This document shows positions 32,688 to 44,108 of a stretch of 64,000 nucleotides of DNA, in pieces. The notes under the pieces are model-generated. The model did no database searches. It was not told where the DNA came from and saw nothing but the letters and a program-made list of their open reading frames with translations. Source of the stretch: Escherichia coli (GTDB lineage Bacteria; Pseudomonadota; Gammaproteobacteria; Enterobacterales; Enterobacteriaceae); the NCBI RefSeq assembly GCF_011045215.1, contig NZ_CP049201.1, one strand, 5' to 3'. Every line of letters starts with the position of its first letter. Position 1 is the stretch's first letter. The translations under genes and the position numbers were made by a program.

Positions 32688-32736
32688 TCACTCAGGGGCG
32701 CGGAACCGCGCCCCCTGTTCTGACGGGTGAAGAATC

Positions 32737-32937
32737 ATGATCCTGAAACAAGATCTGAAATGGTCACCGGACGGTATGCGTGTTGAGGTCATTCGGGCCG
32801 GTGAGTATGACGACGGGGCGCTTCCTGCCCGGGTGCAGGAGATTGCACTTCAGGCCGGGTTAGCAGAGCGCGGAATCAGTGCAAAAAGCAGTAAAGCGGC
32901 AAAAGAGAAAAAAGCCACGACCAGTAAAGAGGGCTGA
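32737..32937 (+). CDS. Hypothetical head protein
   Basis: 66 aa ORF after capsid gene. Confidence 0.3.
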   Translation: MILKQDLKWSPDGMRVEVIRAGEYDDGALPARVQEIALQAGLAERGISAKSSKAAKEKKATTSKEG

Positions 32938-32939
32938 GT

Positions 32940-33263
32940 ATGCTTCTGACAATGGAAGAGATTAAAGCCCAACTCCGGCTGGATGAGGATTTCGATACTG
33001 ATGACCGCCATCTGCAACTGCTGGCCTGTGCGGCACAAAAGCGGACGGAAACGTATCTGAACCGGAAGCTCTATGCACCGGATGAAACCATTCCGGACAG
33101 CGATCCGGACGGGCTGCACCTGCCGGATGATATTCGTCTGGGGATGCTGATGCTTATCAGCCATTTTTACGAAAACCGCTCGTCGGTTACTGAAGTGGAG
33201 AAACTCGACATGCCGCAGAGTTTTGGCTGGCTTGTCGGCCCGTACAGGTACTTTCCGCAATGA
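32940..33263 (+). CDS. Head-tail connector protein
   Basis: Position and size. Confidence 0.45.
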   Translation: MLLTMEEIKAQLRLDEDFDTDDRHLQLLACAAQKRTETYLNRKLYAPDETIPDSDPDGLHLPDDIRLGMLMLISHFYENRSSVTEVEKLDMPQSFGWLVGPYRYFPQ

Positions 33264-33670
33264 AAATTCGTCAGGCGCAGACCAGCGCAACCTACATTCT
33301 GCCGGACCCCGGTGAACTGAATAAACGCGTCCTGATCCGCCAGCGGGTGGATATGCCCGCGGATAACTTTGGCGTGGAGCCTCAATACCCGGTTACGTTC
33401 CGGACATGGGCGAAGGTTATCCAGACCAGTGCCACCACCTGGCAGGAAACCGCGCAGACCGGGGACGCCATCACCCATTACATCACCATTCGTTACCGCC
33501 GGGGGATCACTGCTGATTATGAGGTGGTCTGTGATGACAGTGTGTACCGGGTGAAACGTCAGCGTGATCTGAACGGGGCGCGGCGCTTTCTGCTGCTGGA
33601 GTGTACGGAGCTGGGCGAATGTAGGCAGAGTCACGGAGGCAGCAATGGCGACTCCCTTTTTTCACGTTGA
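33260..33670 (+). CDS. Head closure/adaptor protein
   Basis: Position and size. Confidence 0.4.
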   Translation: MKIRQAQTSATYILPDPGELNKRVLIRQRVDMPADNFGVEPQYPVTFRTWAKVIQTSATTWQETAQTGDAITHYITIRYRRGITADYEVVCDDSVYRVKRQRDLNGARRFLLLECTELGECRQSHGGSNGDSLFSR

Positions 33671-34151
33671 TGTTCAGCAGCCCGCCGAGATGCGCTTTAA
33701 CCGCGCCCGTGTCCGGCGGGCGTTTGTCACGATTGGGCAGCGTCATATGCGTGATGCCCGTCGGCTGGTGATGCGCCGTGCGCGGTCGGTACCAGGTGAA
33801 AACCCCGGTTATCAGACCGGACGCCTGGCTCGTTCGATTGGTTATATGGTGCCGAGAGCCAGTAAAAAGCGAGCCGGTTTTATGACACGCATTGCCCCTA
33901 ACCAGCGCAACGGGAAGGGGAACCGGATGATCTCTGGTGACTTCTATCCGGCATTTCTGTTTTTTGGTGTCCGGGGAGGAGCAAAACGTCGTCGTAGTCA
34001 TCATCGTGGTGCATCCGGTGGCAGCGGCTGGCGACTGGCTCCACGTAATAACTTCATGGTGGAAACTCTTGAAAAGAACCGCAGCTGGACACGCTATTTT
34101 CTGGCGCGGGAATTGCGTAAATCACTGAAGCCGGAGCGACGACACAGATGA
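33645..34151 (+). CDS. Neck/tail completion protein
   Basis: Position and size. Confidence 0.35.
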   Translation: MATPFFHVDVQQPAEMRFNRARVRRAFVTIGQRHMRDARRLVMRRARSVPGENPGYQTGRLARSIGYMVPRASKKRAGFMTRIAPNQRNGKGNRMISGDFYPAFLFFGVRGGAKRRRSHHRGASGGSGWRLAPRNNFMVETLEKNRSWTRYFLARELRKSLKPERRHR

Positions 34152-34708
34152 AACTGACGCCTGTTATTGCTGCACTGCGTGCCCGCTGTCCGTATTTTGA
34201 AAACCGGGTTGCAGGCGCGGCCCAGTTCAAAAATCTGCCGGAGGTCGGAAAGCTGAAACTCCCGGCGGCATATGTTGTACCGGGTGATGATTCTCCGGGA
34301 GAAAACAAAAGCCAGACCGACTACTGGCAGGAGCTGAAAGAGGGTTTCTCCGTGGTTGTCATACTGAGTAACGGGCGTGATGAGCGCGGTCAGTTTGCCT
34401 CGTATGATGTGGTGGACGATGTCCGGCAGATGCTCTTTAAGGCTCTGCTGGGCTGGAACCCGGAGGCGTGCGGTAACCCGATTACCTATGACGGCGGCAC
34501 GCTGCTGGATCTGAATCGTCATGAGCTGATTTATCAGTTCGATTTTTCGGTCATCAGCGAGCTGACTGAAGACGATACCCGCCAGCAGGATGACCTGAAC
34601 AGTCTGGATGAACTGCGAACGCTGGCGATTGATGTTGATTATCTCGATCCCGGTAACGGGCCTGACGGCGATATCGAACATCACACCGAAATAACCCTTC
34701 CTTCCTGA
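34148..34708 (+). CDS. Tail terminator/completion protein
   Basis: Position upstream of sheath. Confidence 0.35.
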   Translation: MKLTPVIAALRARCPYFENRVAGAAQFKNLPEVGKLKLPAAYVVPGDDSPGENKSQTDYWQELKEGFSVVVILSNGRDERGQFASYDVVDDVRQMLFKALLGWNPEACGNPITYDGGTLLDLNRHELIYQFDFSVISELTEDDTRQQDDLNSLDELRTLAIDVDYLDPGNGPDGDIEHHTEITLPS

Positions 34709-34716
34709 GAATCTTC

Positions 34717-34887
34717 ATGTTTGTGAAACCTGTTAAAGGGCGGTCAGTTCCTGACCCTGCCCGCGGCGACCTTTTGCCCGCCGAAGGGCGAAATGTTGAC
34801 GAGAACAACTACTGGCTGCGCCGTGAAGCAGCGGGTGATATCCGGCGCGTGAATAAAAAGGTGAATACCGATGACGATAAGCTTTAA
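34717..34887 (+). CDS. Small protein upstream of sheath
   Basis: 56-codon ORF found by manual translation; not in ORF track. Confidence 0.25.
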   Translation: MFVKPVKGRSVPDPARGDLLPAEGRNVDENNYWLRREAAGDIRRVNKKVNTDDDKL

Positions 34888-36367
34888 CACCATTCCGTCG
34901 AATACGCTGGTTCCGTTGTTTTATGCGGAAATGGATAACTCGGCGGCGAATACTGCACAGGACAGCGGAGCATCGCTGCTGATTGGTCATGCCAATAACG
35001 GTGCAGAGATTGTTGCCAACAGTCTGGTACTGATGCCGTCGGCAGACTATGCACGCCAGATTTGTGGTGCGGGAAGTCAGCTGGCGCGTATGGTCGAGGC
35101 TTATCGCCAGACCGACCCGTTTGGTGAGCTGTATGTGATTGCCGTTCCTGAATCCACAGGCGCGGCGGCAACGGTTACGCTGACGGTGACCGGGGCGGCA
35201 ACCGAAACCGGCACGGTGAATGTCTATGTGGGACGTACCCGCGTGCAGGCTCCGGTGACCAACGGCGATAACGTCACGACGATTGCCAGCAGTATCAAAG
35301 ATGCCATCAATGCCGTTCCGGCCCTGCCGTTTACGGCTTCATCTTCGGCAGGCGTGGTCACACTGACCGCGCGTCATAAGGGGCTTTGCGGGAATGAAAT
35401 TCCTGTCAGCCTCAATTACTACGGCTTTGGTGGGGGCGAAGTGCTGCCAGCGGGCGTACAGATTGCCGTGGCGACGGGTACCGCCGGAACGGGTGCTCCG
35501 GTTCTCACCGGCGCGGTGGCTGCAATGGCGGATGAGCCGTTTGATTATATCGGCCTGCCGTTCAACGACACGGCCTCCGTTAACACGCTGATGACCGAGA
35601 TGAACGATACCAGCGGTCGCTGGAGCTATGCGCGTCAGCTGTATGGTCATGTGTATACGGCAAAGATCGGCACGCTGTCAGAACTGGTGACCGCAGGTGA
35701 CCAGTTTAACCAGCAGCACATTACCCTGGCGGGGTACGAAAAAGAGACCCAGACGCCTGCCGACGAACTGGCGGCAAGCCGTACCGCCCGCGCAGCGGTG
35801 TTTATTCGCAACGATCCGGCACGTCCCACGCAGACCGGTGAGCTGGTGGGTATGCTGCCTGCGCCGAAGGGGAAACGGTTCACGATGACCGAACAACAGA
35901 CCCTGCTGTCTCATGGCGTGGCAACGGCGTATGTCGAAAGCGGGGTACTGCGCATTCAGCGTGATGTCACCACGTACAGGAAAAACGCTTACGGGGTTGC
36001 GGATAACAGCTACCTAGACAGTGAGACTCTGCATACCAGCGCGTATGTACTGCGCAAACTGAAATCCGTCATTACCAGTAAGTACGGGCGTCACAAGCTT
36101 GCCAGTGACGGTACCCGCTTTGGTCCCGGTCAGGCGATTGTCACCCCGGCGGTGATCAAAGGGGAACTGCTGGCAACCTACCGTCAGCTTGAGCGTGCGG
36201 GGATCGTGGAAAACTACGCACTGTTTAAGCAGTACCTAGTTGTGGAGCGTGATGCCAGCGATCCGAACCGCCTGAACACGCTGTTCCCGCCTGACTATGT
36301 TAACCAGTTGCGTGTCTTTGCCGTGGTTAACCAGTTCCGTCTTCAGTATTCAGAGGAGTCCGCATAA
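34871..36367 (+). CDS. Tail sheath protein (Mu gpL-like)
   Basis: 498 aa ORF at head of contractile-tail module. Confidence 0.7.
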   Translation: MTISFNTIPSNTLVPLFYAEMDNSAANTAQDSGASLLIGHANNGAEIVANSLVLMPSADYARQICGAGSQLARMVEAYRQTDPFGELYVIAVPESTGAAATVTLTVTGAATETGTVNVYVGRTRVQAPVTNGDNVTTIASSIKDAINAVPALPFTASSSAGVVTLTARHKGLCGNEIPVSLNYYGFGGGEVLPAGVQIAVATGTAGTGAPVLTGAVAAMADEPFDYIGLPFNDTASVNTLMTEMNDTSGRWSYARQLYGHVYTAKIGTLSELVTAGDQFNQQHITLAGYEKETQTPADELAASRTARAAVFIRNDPARPTQTGELVGMLPAPKGKRFTMTEQQTLLSHGVATAYVESGVLRIQRDVTTYRKNAYGVADNSYLDSETLHTSAYVLRKLKSVITSKYGRHKLASDGTRFGPGQAIVTPAVIKGELLATYRQLERAGIVENYALFKQYLVVERDASDPNRLNTLFPPDYVNQLRVFAVVNQFRLQYSEESA

Positions 36368-36723
36368 TGGCCCGTATCGGGGGAACCTGTTATTTCAAAA
36401 TTGACGGTCAGCAGCTATCGCTGACCGGCGGCATTGAGGTGCCCATGAACAGGACGGTCAATGATGACATCATCGGCCTGGACGGTTCAGTGGACCGCAA
36501 GGAAACTCACCGTGCGCCTTATGTCAAAGGGACCTTCAAGGTGCCGAAGAATTTTCCGGTGAGCAAAATCACCTCGTCTGATGAGATGACCATCACTGCC
36601 GAGCTGGCGAACGGTCAGGTCTATGTACTGTCGTCTGCCTGGCTGCACGGCGAAGCGAACCATAATGCCGAAGAAGGCACGGTCGATCTTGAGTTCCACG
36701 GTGAAGAAGGGGATTACCAGTGA
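36367..36723 (+). CDS. Tail tube protein
   Basis: 118 aa ORF directly after sheath. Confidence 0.6.
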   Translation: MARIGGTCYFKIDGQQLSLTGGIEVPMNRTVNDDIIGLDGSVDRKETHRAPYVKGTFKVPKNFPVSKITSSDEMTITAELANGQVYVLSSAWLHGEANHNAEEGTVDLEFHGEEGDYQ

Positions 36724-37043
36724 TTGAGCTTGTACTTAAAAAACCGATCATCGCCCACAAAGAAACACTGCATGTGCTGGAAATACGTGAGCCTACGTAT
36801 GACGAGATTGAGGCGCTGGGGTTCCCTTTCTCTGTTTCGCCTGATGGTGGTATGAAAATGGACAGTCAGGTGGCGCTGAAATATATCCCGCTTCTGGCCG
36901 GGATCCCGCGCTCGTCTGCAGCGCAGATGACGAAGCTGGATATTTTCAAGGCAGGCATGATTGTAATGCGTTTTTTTACCGGCTTGGAGACGGAAGAGAC
37001 CTCCGGAAGCGATTCTACAATGTCGCGTGGTTCTGGAAATTAA
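36720..37043 (+). CDS. Tail assembly chaperone
   Basis: Small ORF between tube and tape measure. Confidence 0.45.
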   Translation: MIELVLKKPIIAHKETLHVLEIREPTYDEIEALGFPFSVSPDGGMKMDSQVALKYIPLLAGIPRSSAAQMTKLDIFKAGMIVMRFFTGLETEETSGSDSTMSRGSGN

Positions 37044-37127
37044 ACCCCCTTGAACTTCGCCGGACGGCTATTTCCCACTTTGCTGATCTGGAGGCAGAGG
37101 CCGTCCGTATAAATGAGGAGATGAAGC

Positions 37128-39035
37128 ATGGCTGATAATTTTCAGCTGAAAGCCATCATCACCGCCGTTGACAGGCTATCCGGCCCGCTTAAAGGTATGC
37201 AGCGTCAGCTTAAGGGATTTCAGAAAGAAGTCTCCAGCCTTGCTCTGGGCGCTGCCGGGGCGGGTACTGCAATAATGGGGGCACTGGTACTCCCTGTAAA
37301 ATCAGCCATCACCCTTGAATCGAAGATGGCTGATGTCCGCAAAGTGGTGGACGGTCTGGATACGCCGGATGCGTTTAAGGCCATGACGGAGCAGGTGCGT
37401 GACCTGTCAACCGAACTGCCTATGTCGGCGGAAGGTATCGCTGAAATCGTGGCGGCGGGTGGTCAGGCCGGGATTGCACGTGATGAACTGATGCAGTTTG
37501 CCACTGATGCGGTGAAGATGGGCGTGGCCTTTGATACCACGGCTGAAGAGTCCGGGCAGATGATGGCCCAGTGGCGTACTGCGTTTAATATGACGCAGGA
37601 TGAAGTGGCCGGGCTGGCTGACAAAATCAACTACCTTGGTAATACCGGCCCGGCGAACGCGAAGAAAATCTCCGATATTGTTACGCGTATTGGTCCTTTA
37701 GGTGGTGTTGCAGGTGTGGCTTCCGGCGAAATCGCGGCAATGGGGGCAACCATTGCCGGGATGGGCGTGGAGTCAGAAATTGCCGCCACAGGGATCAAGA
37801 ACTTCATGCTTTCCCTGACCGCGGGAAATTCTGCGACAAAATCGCAGAAACAGGCATTGCGTTTTCTGCGGATCAATCCGAAGAAATTAGCTGCTGATAT
37901 GCAGAAAGATGCCCGGGGCACCATGCTATCTGTACTGGATGCGATGGCTAAAGTGCCTAAAGAAAAACGGGCAGCTGTGCTGAATGCCCTGTTCGGGAAA
38001 GAGTCTCTGGGCGCGATAGCACCTCTGCTGACTAACCTTGATTTGTTGCGTACCAACTTCAGGCGGGTTGCGGATTCCCAGCAGTATGGCAGTTCGATGC
38101 AGAAGGAATATGCTTCGAGGGCAGCGACGACGGAAAACCAGCTTTTACTTCTGCAAAATCAACTTGATGCCATTTCTTCCACGCTGGGGGAAACGTTTCT
38201 TCCTGAGGTTAATGATGGTCTTGAAGCGGTAAAACCGCTCCTTGAGGAAGTGAGAACGTTTGTCCGTGAAAACCCGGAGCTCGTTAAGACCATTGCTAAA
38301 ATCGGTCTGGCCTTACTGACGGTGGGAGCCGCTGCAGGCTCTTTGTCCAGAATTATGAAAGTTCTCGGCGGTGTGATGAATATGACGCCTGCTAAGGGGC
38401 TGATTGCTCTTCTGGTTGGTGGCGCTTACCTCATTATTGATAACTGGGAAACCGTAGGTCCTGTCATAAAAAAAGTCTGGCACGTGATGGATGAAACGGC
38501 GCAGGCGATGGGGGGATGGGAAACTGTTCTGAAAGCGATTGCCCTGTTTATGGCAACCAAATGGGTTGCTGACGTTACCAAATCCATTACCGCAGTGACC
38601 AGAGAGATGCGTACGCTGGGGAAGGTATCGGCAGAAACGGGATTGATGGGGAAAGGCCGCGGCTTTATCGGGAAGGCCGGGGTATATGGTTTTCTGGGAA
38701 CCCTGATGTATGAGCCGGTTAAAGATACTCTGGAAAGTGTTGTTCCTGAAGATACGGTTAACTGGCTGGATAATAAAGGGCTGTTTCTGGCTTCAGACTG
38801 GACGCCTTTTTTTGATCGTAAAGAGTACGAGCAATATCAGGCCAGCCTGAGTCAGTACAAACCCAATGTTCCGCTGTTGAATCCATCTTCTTCCATGACA
38901 CAGCACAGCGAGCTGAAAGTCACGTTCGAGAATGCTCCGCCAGGTATGAAGATAATTGATGTACCGGACAAAGCCGATCCCCTGATGAAAATCACGCACG
39001 ATGTGGGGTATTCCCCTTTTCGTTTTCCACGATAA
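37128..39035 (+). CDS. Tail tape measure protein
   Basis: 635 aa, Ala/Gly-rich with hydrophobic segments. Confidence 0.75.
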   Translation: MADNFQLKAIITAVDRLSGPLKGMQRQLKGFQKEVSSLALGAAGAGTAIMGALVLPVKSAITLESKMADVRKVVDGLDTPDAFKAMTEQVRDLSTELPMSAEGIAEIVAAGGQAGIARDELMQFATDAVKMGVAFDTTAEESGQMMAQWRTAFNMTQDEVAGLADKINYLGNTGPANAKKISDIVTRIGPLGGVAGVASGEIAAMGATIAGMGVESEIAATGIKNFMLSLTAGNSATKSQKQALRFLRINPKKLAADMQKDARGTMLSVLDAMAKVPKEKRAAVLNALFGKESLGAIAPLLTNLDLLRTNFRRVADSQQYGSSMQKEYASRAATTENQLLLLQNQLDAISSTLGETFLPEVNDGLEAVKPLLEEVRTFVRENPELVKTIAKIGLALLTVGAAAGSLSRIMKVLGGVMNMTPAKGLIALLVGGAYLIIDNWETVGPVIKKVWHVMDETAQAMGGWETVLKAIALFMATKWVADVTKSITAVTREMRTLGKVSAETGLMGKGRGFIGKAGVYGFLGTLMYEPVKDTLESVVPEDTVNWLDNKGLFLASDWTPFFDRKEYEQYQASLSQYKPNVPLLNPSSSMTQHSELKVTFENAPPGMKIIDVPDKADPLMKITHDVGYSPFRFPR

Positions 39036-39059
39036 CGCAGTCCTTTTTGAGGTCAGTCT

Positions 39060-40436
39060 ATGGATTTATCCTCATTTCCCACCCGACCTTCATTACTTTC
39101 GTCGTCTTCAGGCTGGCGTGACAGACTTCAGGACGCGTCATTTCGCGGCGTATCGTTTAAGGTTGAAGAAGAAAGTGCGGGAACCGGTCGCCGTGTGGAA
39201 ACACACGAATACCCGAACCGCGACAAGCCCTATACCGAAGATCTGGGAAAAGTTACTTTCCGCCCGTCCATCACGGCTTATGTGGTGGGAGATGACTGCT
39301 TTGACCAGCGCGATCGCCTGATTGATGCGCTGAATAAACCCGGTCCCGGCACGCTTGTCCATCCGACATACGGTGAGCTGAAAGTCTGTGTTGACGGGGA
39401 AGTTCGGGTCAGCACATCGAAAAGTGAAGGGCGTATTGTCCGCTTTGACCTGAAGTTTGTCGAAGCGGGAGAACTCTCTTACCCCACATCAGGTGCGGCG
39501 ACGGCGCAGACGCTGATGTCATCCTGTTCTGCACTGGATGACTGCATCAGTGACAGTTTCAGTGGTTTCAGTATCGATGGCGTGGCGGATTTTGTGCAGA
39601 ACGACGTCGTCGGTAATGCCAGCACAATGCTGGGGTATGTTTCTGATGCGATGAAAGTGGTGGATTCTGCCGTATCGGATGCTGCCAGGCTGTTGCAGGG
39701 GGATATCTCGGTACTTCTGCCGCCGCCATCGTCAGGAAAAAATTTCGTTGAGCAGGTGCAGAAAATGTGGCGTACCGGGAAACGCCTTTATGGTAACGCC
39801 AGCGACCTGGTCACCATGATCAAAACGCTTTCCGGTGTCAGCCTCGGCAGCGATCTGCAACCGCGCGGCGTCTGGAAAACGGACAGTAAAACCACCGCCA
39901 CGGCGACGCAGCAGCGTAACGTGGTTGCCAGCATCCTTCGTACGACCGCAATCAGCGAAGCGGCGTATGCCGTCACCCGATTGCCTGCGCCAACAACTTC
40001 TGCGGTGATGCAGAATGCCGCAGTGGGGCAGTCAACAACACCCGCGCAGAGCTCCGGCTGGCCTTCCGTCACGCATCCGGCACTGAACAATGCACCGGCG
40101 GTGAAAAACACGGTTGACCTGCCAACGTGGGAAGAACTGACCGACATTCGCGACACACTGAATACGGCAATTGATAAGGAGTTGTCCCGTACAACCAGTG
40201 ATGCGCTGTTTCTGGCGCTGCGCCGGGTGAAAGCAGATCTGAATGCGGATATCAACACGCGCCTTGAACAGTCTGCTCGGATCATTCAGCGCACACCGGA
40301 TGAGGTTTTACCCGCGCTGGTGCTGGCGGCGACCTGGTTTGATAACGCGGCGCGTGACGCGGACATTATCCGGCGTAATGCCATTACGCATCCCGGCTTT
40401 GTGCCGGTGATCCCTCTGAAGGTGCCAGTGCAATGA
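39060..40436 (+). CDS. DNA circularisation protein (Mu N-like)
   Basis: Position after tape measure in Mu-like tail order. Confidence 0.55.
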   Translation: MDLSSFPTRPSLLSSSSGWRDRLQDASFRGVSFKVEEESAGTGRRVETHEYPNRDKPYTEDLGKVTFRPSITAYVVGDDCFDQRDRLIDALNKPGPGTLVHPTYGELKVCVDGEVRVSTSKSEGRIVRFDLKFVEAGELSYPTSGAATAQTLMSSCSALDDCISDSFSGFSIDGVADFVQNDVVGNASTMLGYVSDAMKVVDSAVSDAARLLQGDISVLLPPPSSGKNFVEQVQKMWRTGKRLYGNASDLVTMIKTLSGVSLGSDLQPRGVWKTDSKTTATATQQRNVVASILRTTAISEAAYAVTRLPAPTTSAVMQNAAVGQSTTPAQSSGWPSVTHPALNNAPAVKNTVDLPTWEELTDIRDTLNTAIDKELSRTTSDALFLALRRVKADLNADINTRLEQSARIIQRTPDEVLPALVLAATWFDNAARDADIIRRNAITHPGFVPVIPLKVPVQ

Positions 40437-41512
40437 ACGACAATGTCACGCTACGGGTAAATGGCCGGGAGTGGAATGGCTGGACATCGGTGCGCATCGG
40501 TGCCGGTATTGAACGGCTGGCGCGGGATTTCAGTGTGGAGATCACCCGCCAGTGGCCGGGTGATGAGGGTATCACCACGCTTCAGCCGCGCATTAAAAAC
40601 GGTTCAAAAGTGGAGGTGCTGATTGGTGATGAGCTGGTGATCACCGGCTGGGTGGAGGCGACGCCCGTTCGTTACGATGCCCGTTCGGTCAGCACCGGTA
40701 TTGCCGGACGTAGTCTGACGGCTGACCTGATTGACTGTGCAGCCGAACCGACACAGTTTAACGGACGCTCGCTGGTGCAGATTGCGCAGGCGCTTGCTGC
40801 GCCTTTCGGCATTGAGGTGGTGAACAGCGGTGCGCCGTCGGGTGTTATTCCTGATGTTCAGCCTGATCACGGTGAAACGGTGATTGAGGTAATCAACAAA
40901 ATACTCGGTCAGCAGCAGGCACTGGCTTACGACGATCCGCACGGCAGGCTGGTGATTGGCGGTATTGGCTCAACGCGGGCACATACCGCGCTGGTACTTG
41001 GGGAAAACATCCTTTCCTGCGATACGGAGAAGAGTATCCGGGAGCGGTTTTCAGTTTACCAGGTGGCGGGGCAGCGTGCCGGAAACGACGATGATTTCGG
41101 TGAGGCCACCACCACCGCGCTGCGGGCCCGCACAGAGGACGCATTTATTGCCCGTTACCGTCCGATGTATATCAGGCAGACAGGGCAGGCCACGGGGGCT
41201 GGCTGTATTGCGCGTGCTGACTTTGAAGCCCGGCAACGGGCGGCGCGGACGGATGAAACCACCTATGTGGTGCAGGGCTGGCGACAGGGTAACGGTACGC
41301 TGTGGCAGCCCAACCAGCGGGTGATTGTCTTTGATCCGGTCTGTGGTTTTGACAATACCGAACTGCTTGTTTCGGAAGTCACGTTTACTCAGGACCAGAA
41401 CGGCACCCTGACGGAAATCCGTGTCGGCCCGCCTGATGCTTATCTGCCTGAACCCGATGCCCCCGGCGCGCAGAAAAAGAAAAAAGCCAGAGTACAGGAG
41501 GACCCGTTCTGA
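40433..41512 (+). CDS. Baseplate hub protein (Mu P-like)
   Basis: Position and size in Mu-like module. Confidence 0.55.
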   Translation: MNDNVTLRVNGREWNGWTSVRIGAGIERLARDFSVEITRQWPGDEGITTLQPRIKNGSKVEVLIGDELVITGWVEATPVRYDARSVSTGIAGRSLTADLIDCAAEPTQFNGRSLVQIAQALAAPFGIEVVNSGAPSGVIPDVQPDHGETVIEVINKILGQQQALAYDDPHGRLVIGGIGSTRAHTALVLGENILSCDTEKSIRERFSVYQVAGQRAGNDDDFGEATTTALRARTEDAFIARYRPMYIRQTGQATGAGCIARADFEARQRAARTDETTYVVQGWRQGNGTLWQPNQRVIVFDPVCGFDNTELLVSEVTFTQDQNGTLTEIRVGPPDAYLPEPDAPGAQKKKKARVQEDPF

Positions 41513-42060
41513 TGAGGACGATTGAAGCCATGCAGCGACAACTTCTCGGCCTGATTGGGCGGGCAGTGGTGAAAAGTATCAGCGCCGCCACGAAATGTCA
41601 GACCGTGGATGTGTCCCTGATTGCCGGTGAACCCAAAGCCGGGGTTGAACATCTTGAACCCTACGGTTTTACCGCAAGGGCAAACAGCGGTGCGGAAGCG
41701 GTGGTGTTGTTTCCGGATGGCGACCGTTCTCATGCGGTGGTTGTTACGGTGTCGGACCGGCGCTACCGCCTGAAAGGGCTGCAGACGGGTGAGGTGGCTG
41801 TCTATGACGATCAGGGGCAGTCTGTGACGCTGACCCGGGAGGGGATCGTGGTGGACGGTGCAGGTAAAACGATCACGTTTCGCAATGCGCCCAGAGCACG
41901 TTTTGAAATGGACCTTGAAGTGACCGGACAGGTGAAAGACCTGTGCGACTCCGGCGGCACTACCATGTCAGCGATGCGGCTTGCCTATAACGGGCATCGT
42001 CACAGAGAGAACGGTCAGGGCAGTAACACCGACAAACCTGATAAAGCGATGGAGGCATGA
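41512..42060 (+). CDS. Baseplate assembly protein (Mu gp45-like)
   Basis: Position and size. Confidence 0.5.
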   Translation: MRTIEAMQRQLLGLIGRAVVKSISAATKCQTVDVSLIAGEPKAGVEHLEPYGFTARANSGAEAVVLFPDGDRSHAVVVTVSDRRYRLKGLQTGEVAVYDDQGQSVTLTREGIVVDGAGKTITFRNAPRARFEMDLEVTGQVKDLCDSGGTTMSAMRLAYNGHRHRENGQGSNTDKPDKAMEA

Positions 42061-42485
42061 TGGAACTGTGGCTGACGGTGAACGGTAAACGCACCTGCGC
42101 CAGCGCACCGCTGGATCCGCTGACCCGCGCCGTGGTGATTTCCATGTTTACCTGGCGGCGGGCGGAGCCTGATGACAACGCCGACGTCCCGATGGGATGG
42201 TGGGGGGATACCTGGCCTGCGGTACAGAATGACCGTTACGGCTCCCGACTGTGGCTGCTTCAGCGCAGCAAACTGACCAATCAGCTGGTGCAGACGGTAA
42301 GGGGGTATATCCGCGAATGCCTGCAATGGATGATTGATGACGGCGTGGTGTCCCGTATTGATCTGGATATCCGCCGCACCGGGATTAATGAGCTGGGTAA
42401 CAGTATCACCCTCTGGCGTCGTGACGGACCGATAATGATTTCTTTTGATGATCTGTGGAGTGCGATAACGCATGGCGGACAGTGA
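42057..42485 (+). CDS. Baseplate protein (Mu gp46-like)
   Basis: Position and size. Confidence 0.45.
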   Translation: MMELWLTVNGKRTCASAPLDPLTRAVVISMFTWRRAEPDDNADVPMGWWGDTWPAVQNDRYGSRLWLLQRSKLTNQLVQTVRGYIRECLQWMIDDGVVSRIDLDIRRTGINELGNSITLWRRDGPIMISFDDLWSAITHGGQ

Positions 42486-43530
42486 ATTTCAGCGCCCGAC
42501 GCTGGCAGAAAATATCAGTATGCTCCGTAACGATTTATTCGCCAGGCTGGACGTCAGCGACACGCTCCGGCGCATGGATGAAGACGTGCGGGCAAAGGTG
42601 TATGCGGCGGCGCTGCATACGGTTTACGGTTACATCGATTATCTGGCAATGAACATGCTGCCTGACCTGTGCGATGAGTCCTGGCTGGCGCGACATGCTG
42701 CGATGAAACGGTGTCCGCGCAAGGGGGCCACGGCTGCCAGCGGGTATATGCGCTGGGAAGGTGTCAGCGATGGCCTGAAGGTGACCGCCGGGAGCGTGAT
42801 TCAGCGCGCTGACCTGGTTCAGTACACGGCAACTGCTGATGCAACCAGCTCCGGTGGTGTCCTGCGCGTGCCGATCACTTGCTCAAGTGCAGGCGCGGTC
42901 GGTAACGCTGACGACGGTACGGCATTAATCCTGGTCACGCCGGTGAATGGTCTGCCGTCTTCCGGTGTTGCAGATACCCTGACTGGCGGATTCGATACTG
43001 AAGATCTGGAAACGTGGCGCGCCCGCGTCATTGAGCGGTATTACTGGACGCCTCAGGGCGGGGCTGACGGGGACTATGTCGTCTGGGCTAAAGAAGTGCC
43101 CGGCATTACCCGCGCATGGACATACCGTCACTGGATGGGAACGGGAACTGTCGGTGTGATGATTGCCAGCAGTGACCTGATTAATCCCATTCCGGAAGAA
43201 TCAACGGAAACGGCGGCAAGACAACATATCGGGCCACTGGCCCCGGTGGCAGGCTCTGATTTGTATGTGTTCAGGCCGGTGGCACATACGGTGGATTTTC
43301 ATATCCGCGTGACGCCGGACACACCGGAAATACGGGCTGCCATCACCGCGGAGTTGCGTTCGTTCCTGCTGCGTGATGGTTATCCGCAGGGAGAACTGAA
43401 GGTATCGCGTATCAGTGAGGCGATTTCCGGTGCGAACGGGGAATACAGCCATCAGTTGCTTGCACCGGCAGACAATATCTCCATTGCAAAAAATGAACTG
43501 GCGGTTCTGGGGACGATTTCATGGACGTGA
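42472..43530 (+). CDS. Baseplate J-like protein (Mu gp47-like)
   Basis: Position and size. Confidence 0.6.
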   Translation: MADSEFQRPTLAENISMLRNDLFARLDVSDTLRRMDEDVRAKVYAAALHTVYGYIDYLAMNMLPDLCDESWLARHAAMKRCPRKGATAASGYMRWEGVSDGLKVTAGSVIQRADLVQYTATADATSSGGVLRVPITCSSAGAVGNADDGTALILVTPVNGLPSSGVADTLTGGFDTEDLETWRARVIERYYWTPQGGADGDYVVWAKEVPGITRAWTYRHWMGTGTVGVMIASSDLINPIPEESTETAARQHIGPLAPVAGSDLYVFRPVAHTVDFHIRVTPDTPEIRAAITAELRSFLLRDGYPQGELKVSRISEAISGANGEYSHQLLAPADNISIAKNELAVLGTISWT

Positions 43531-44105
43531 CAAACGATGATTACATCCGTCTGTTGTCGGCACTGTTGCCCCCCGGTCCGGCGTGGTCAGCCAGCGATCC
43601 GGCGATTGCCGGTGCGGCACCGTCATTAACCCGTGTTCATCAGCGTGCGGATGCCCTGATGCGGGAGCTGGATCCGCGCACAACCACCGAACTGATAAAC
43701 CGCTGGGAGCGTCTGTGCGGCCTGCCGGATGAATGTATTCCGGCAGGGACGCAGACCCTTCGCCAGCGTCAGCAACGGCTGGATGCGAAGGTTAATCTGG
43801 CGGGCGGCATCAATGAGGATTTTTACCTTGCACAGCTTGCTGCCCTGGGCAGACCAGACGCCACCATCACGCGATACGACAAAAGCACGTTCACCTGCTC
43901 ATCTGCCTGTACTGACGCGGTGAATGCGCCGGAATGGCGGTATTACTGGCAGGTCAACATGCCAGCCGCCACCAACACCACCTGGATGACATGTGGCGAT
44001 CCCTGTGATTCCGCACTGCGTATCTGGGGCGACACCGTAGTCGAGTGTGTGCTTAACAAACTCTGCCCGTCGCATACCTACGTAATTTTTAAATATCCGG
44101 AGTAA
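43521..44105 (+). CDS. Tail protein (Mu gp48-like)
   Basis: Position and size. Confidence 0.45.
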   Translation: MDVTNDDYIRLLSALLPPGPAWSASDPAIAGAAPSLTRVHQRADALMRELDPRTTTELINRWERLCGLPDECIPAGTQTLRQRQQRLDAKVNLAGGINEDFYLAQLAALGRPDATITRYDKSTFTCSSACTDAVNAPEWRYYWQVNMPAATNTTWMTCGDPCDSALRIWGDTVVECVLNKLCPSHTYVIFKYPE

Positions 44106-44108
44106 TCC

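Noticed and set aside
33167-34990. Multiple minus-strand ORFs (84-196 aa) across the head-tail junction genes
   Set aside because: They lie antisense to a continuous string of overlapping plus-strand structural genes; GC-rich shadow ORFs.
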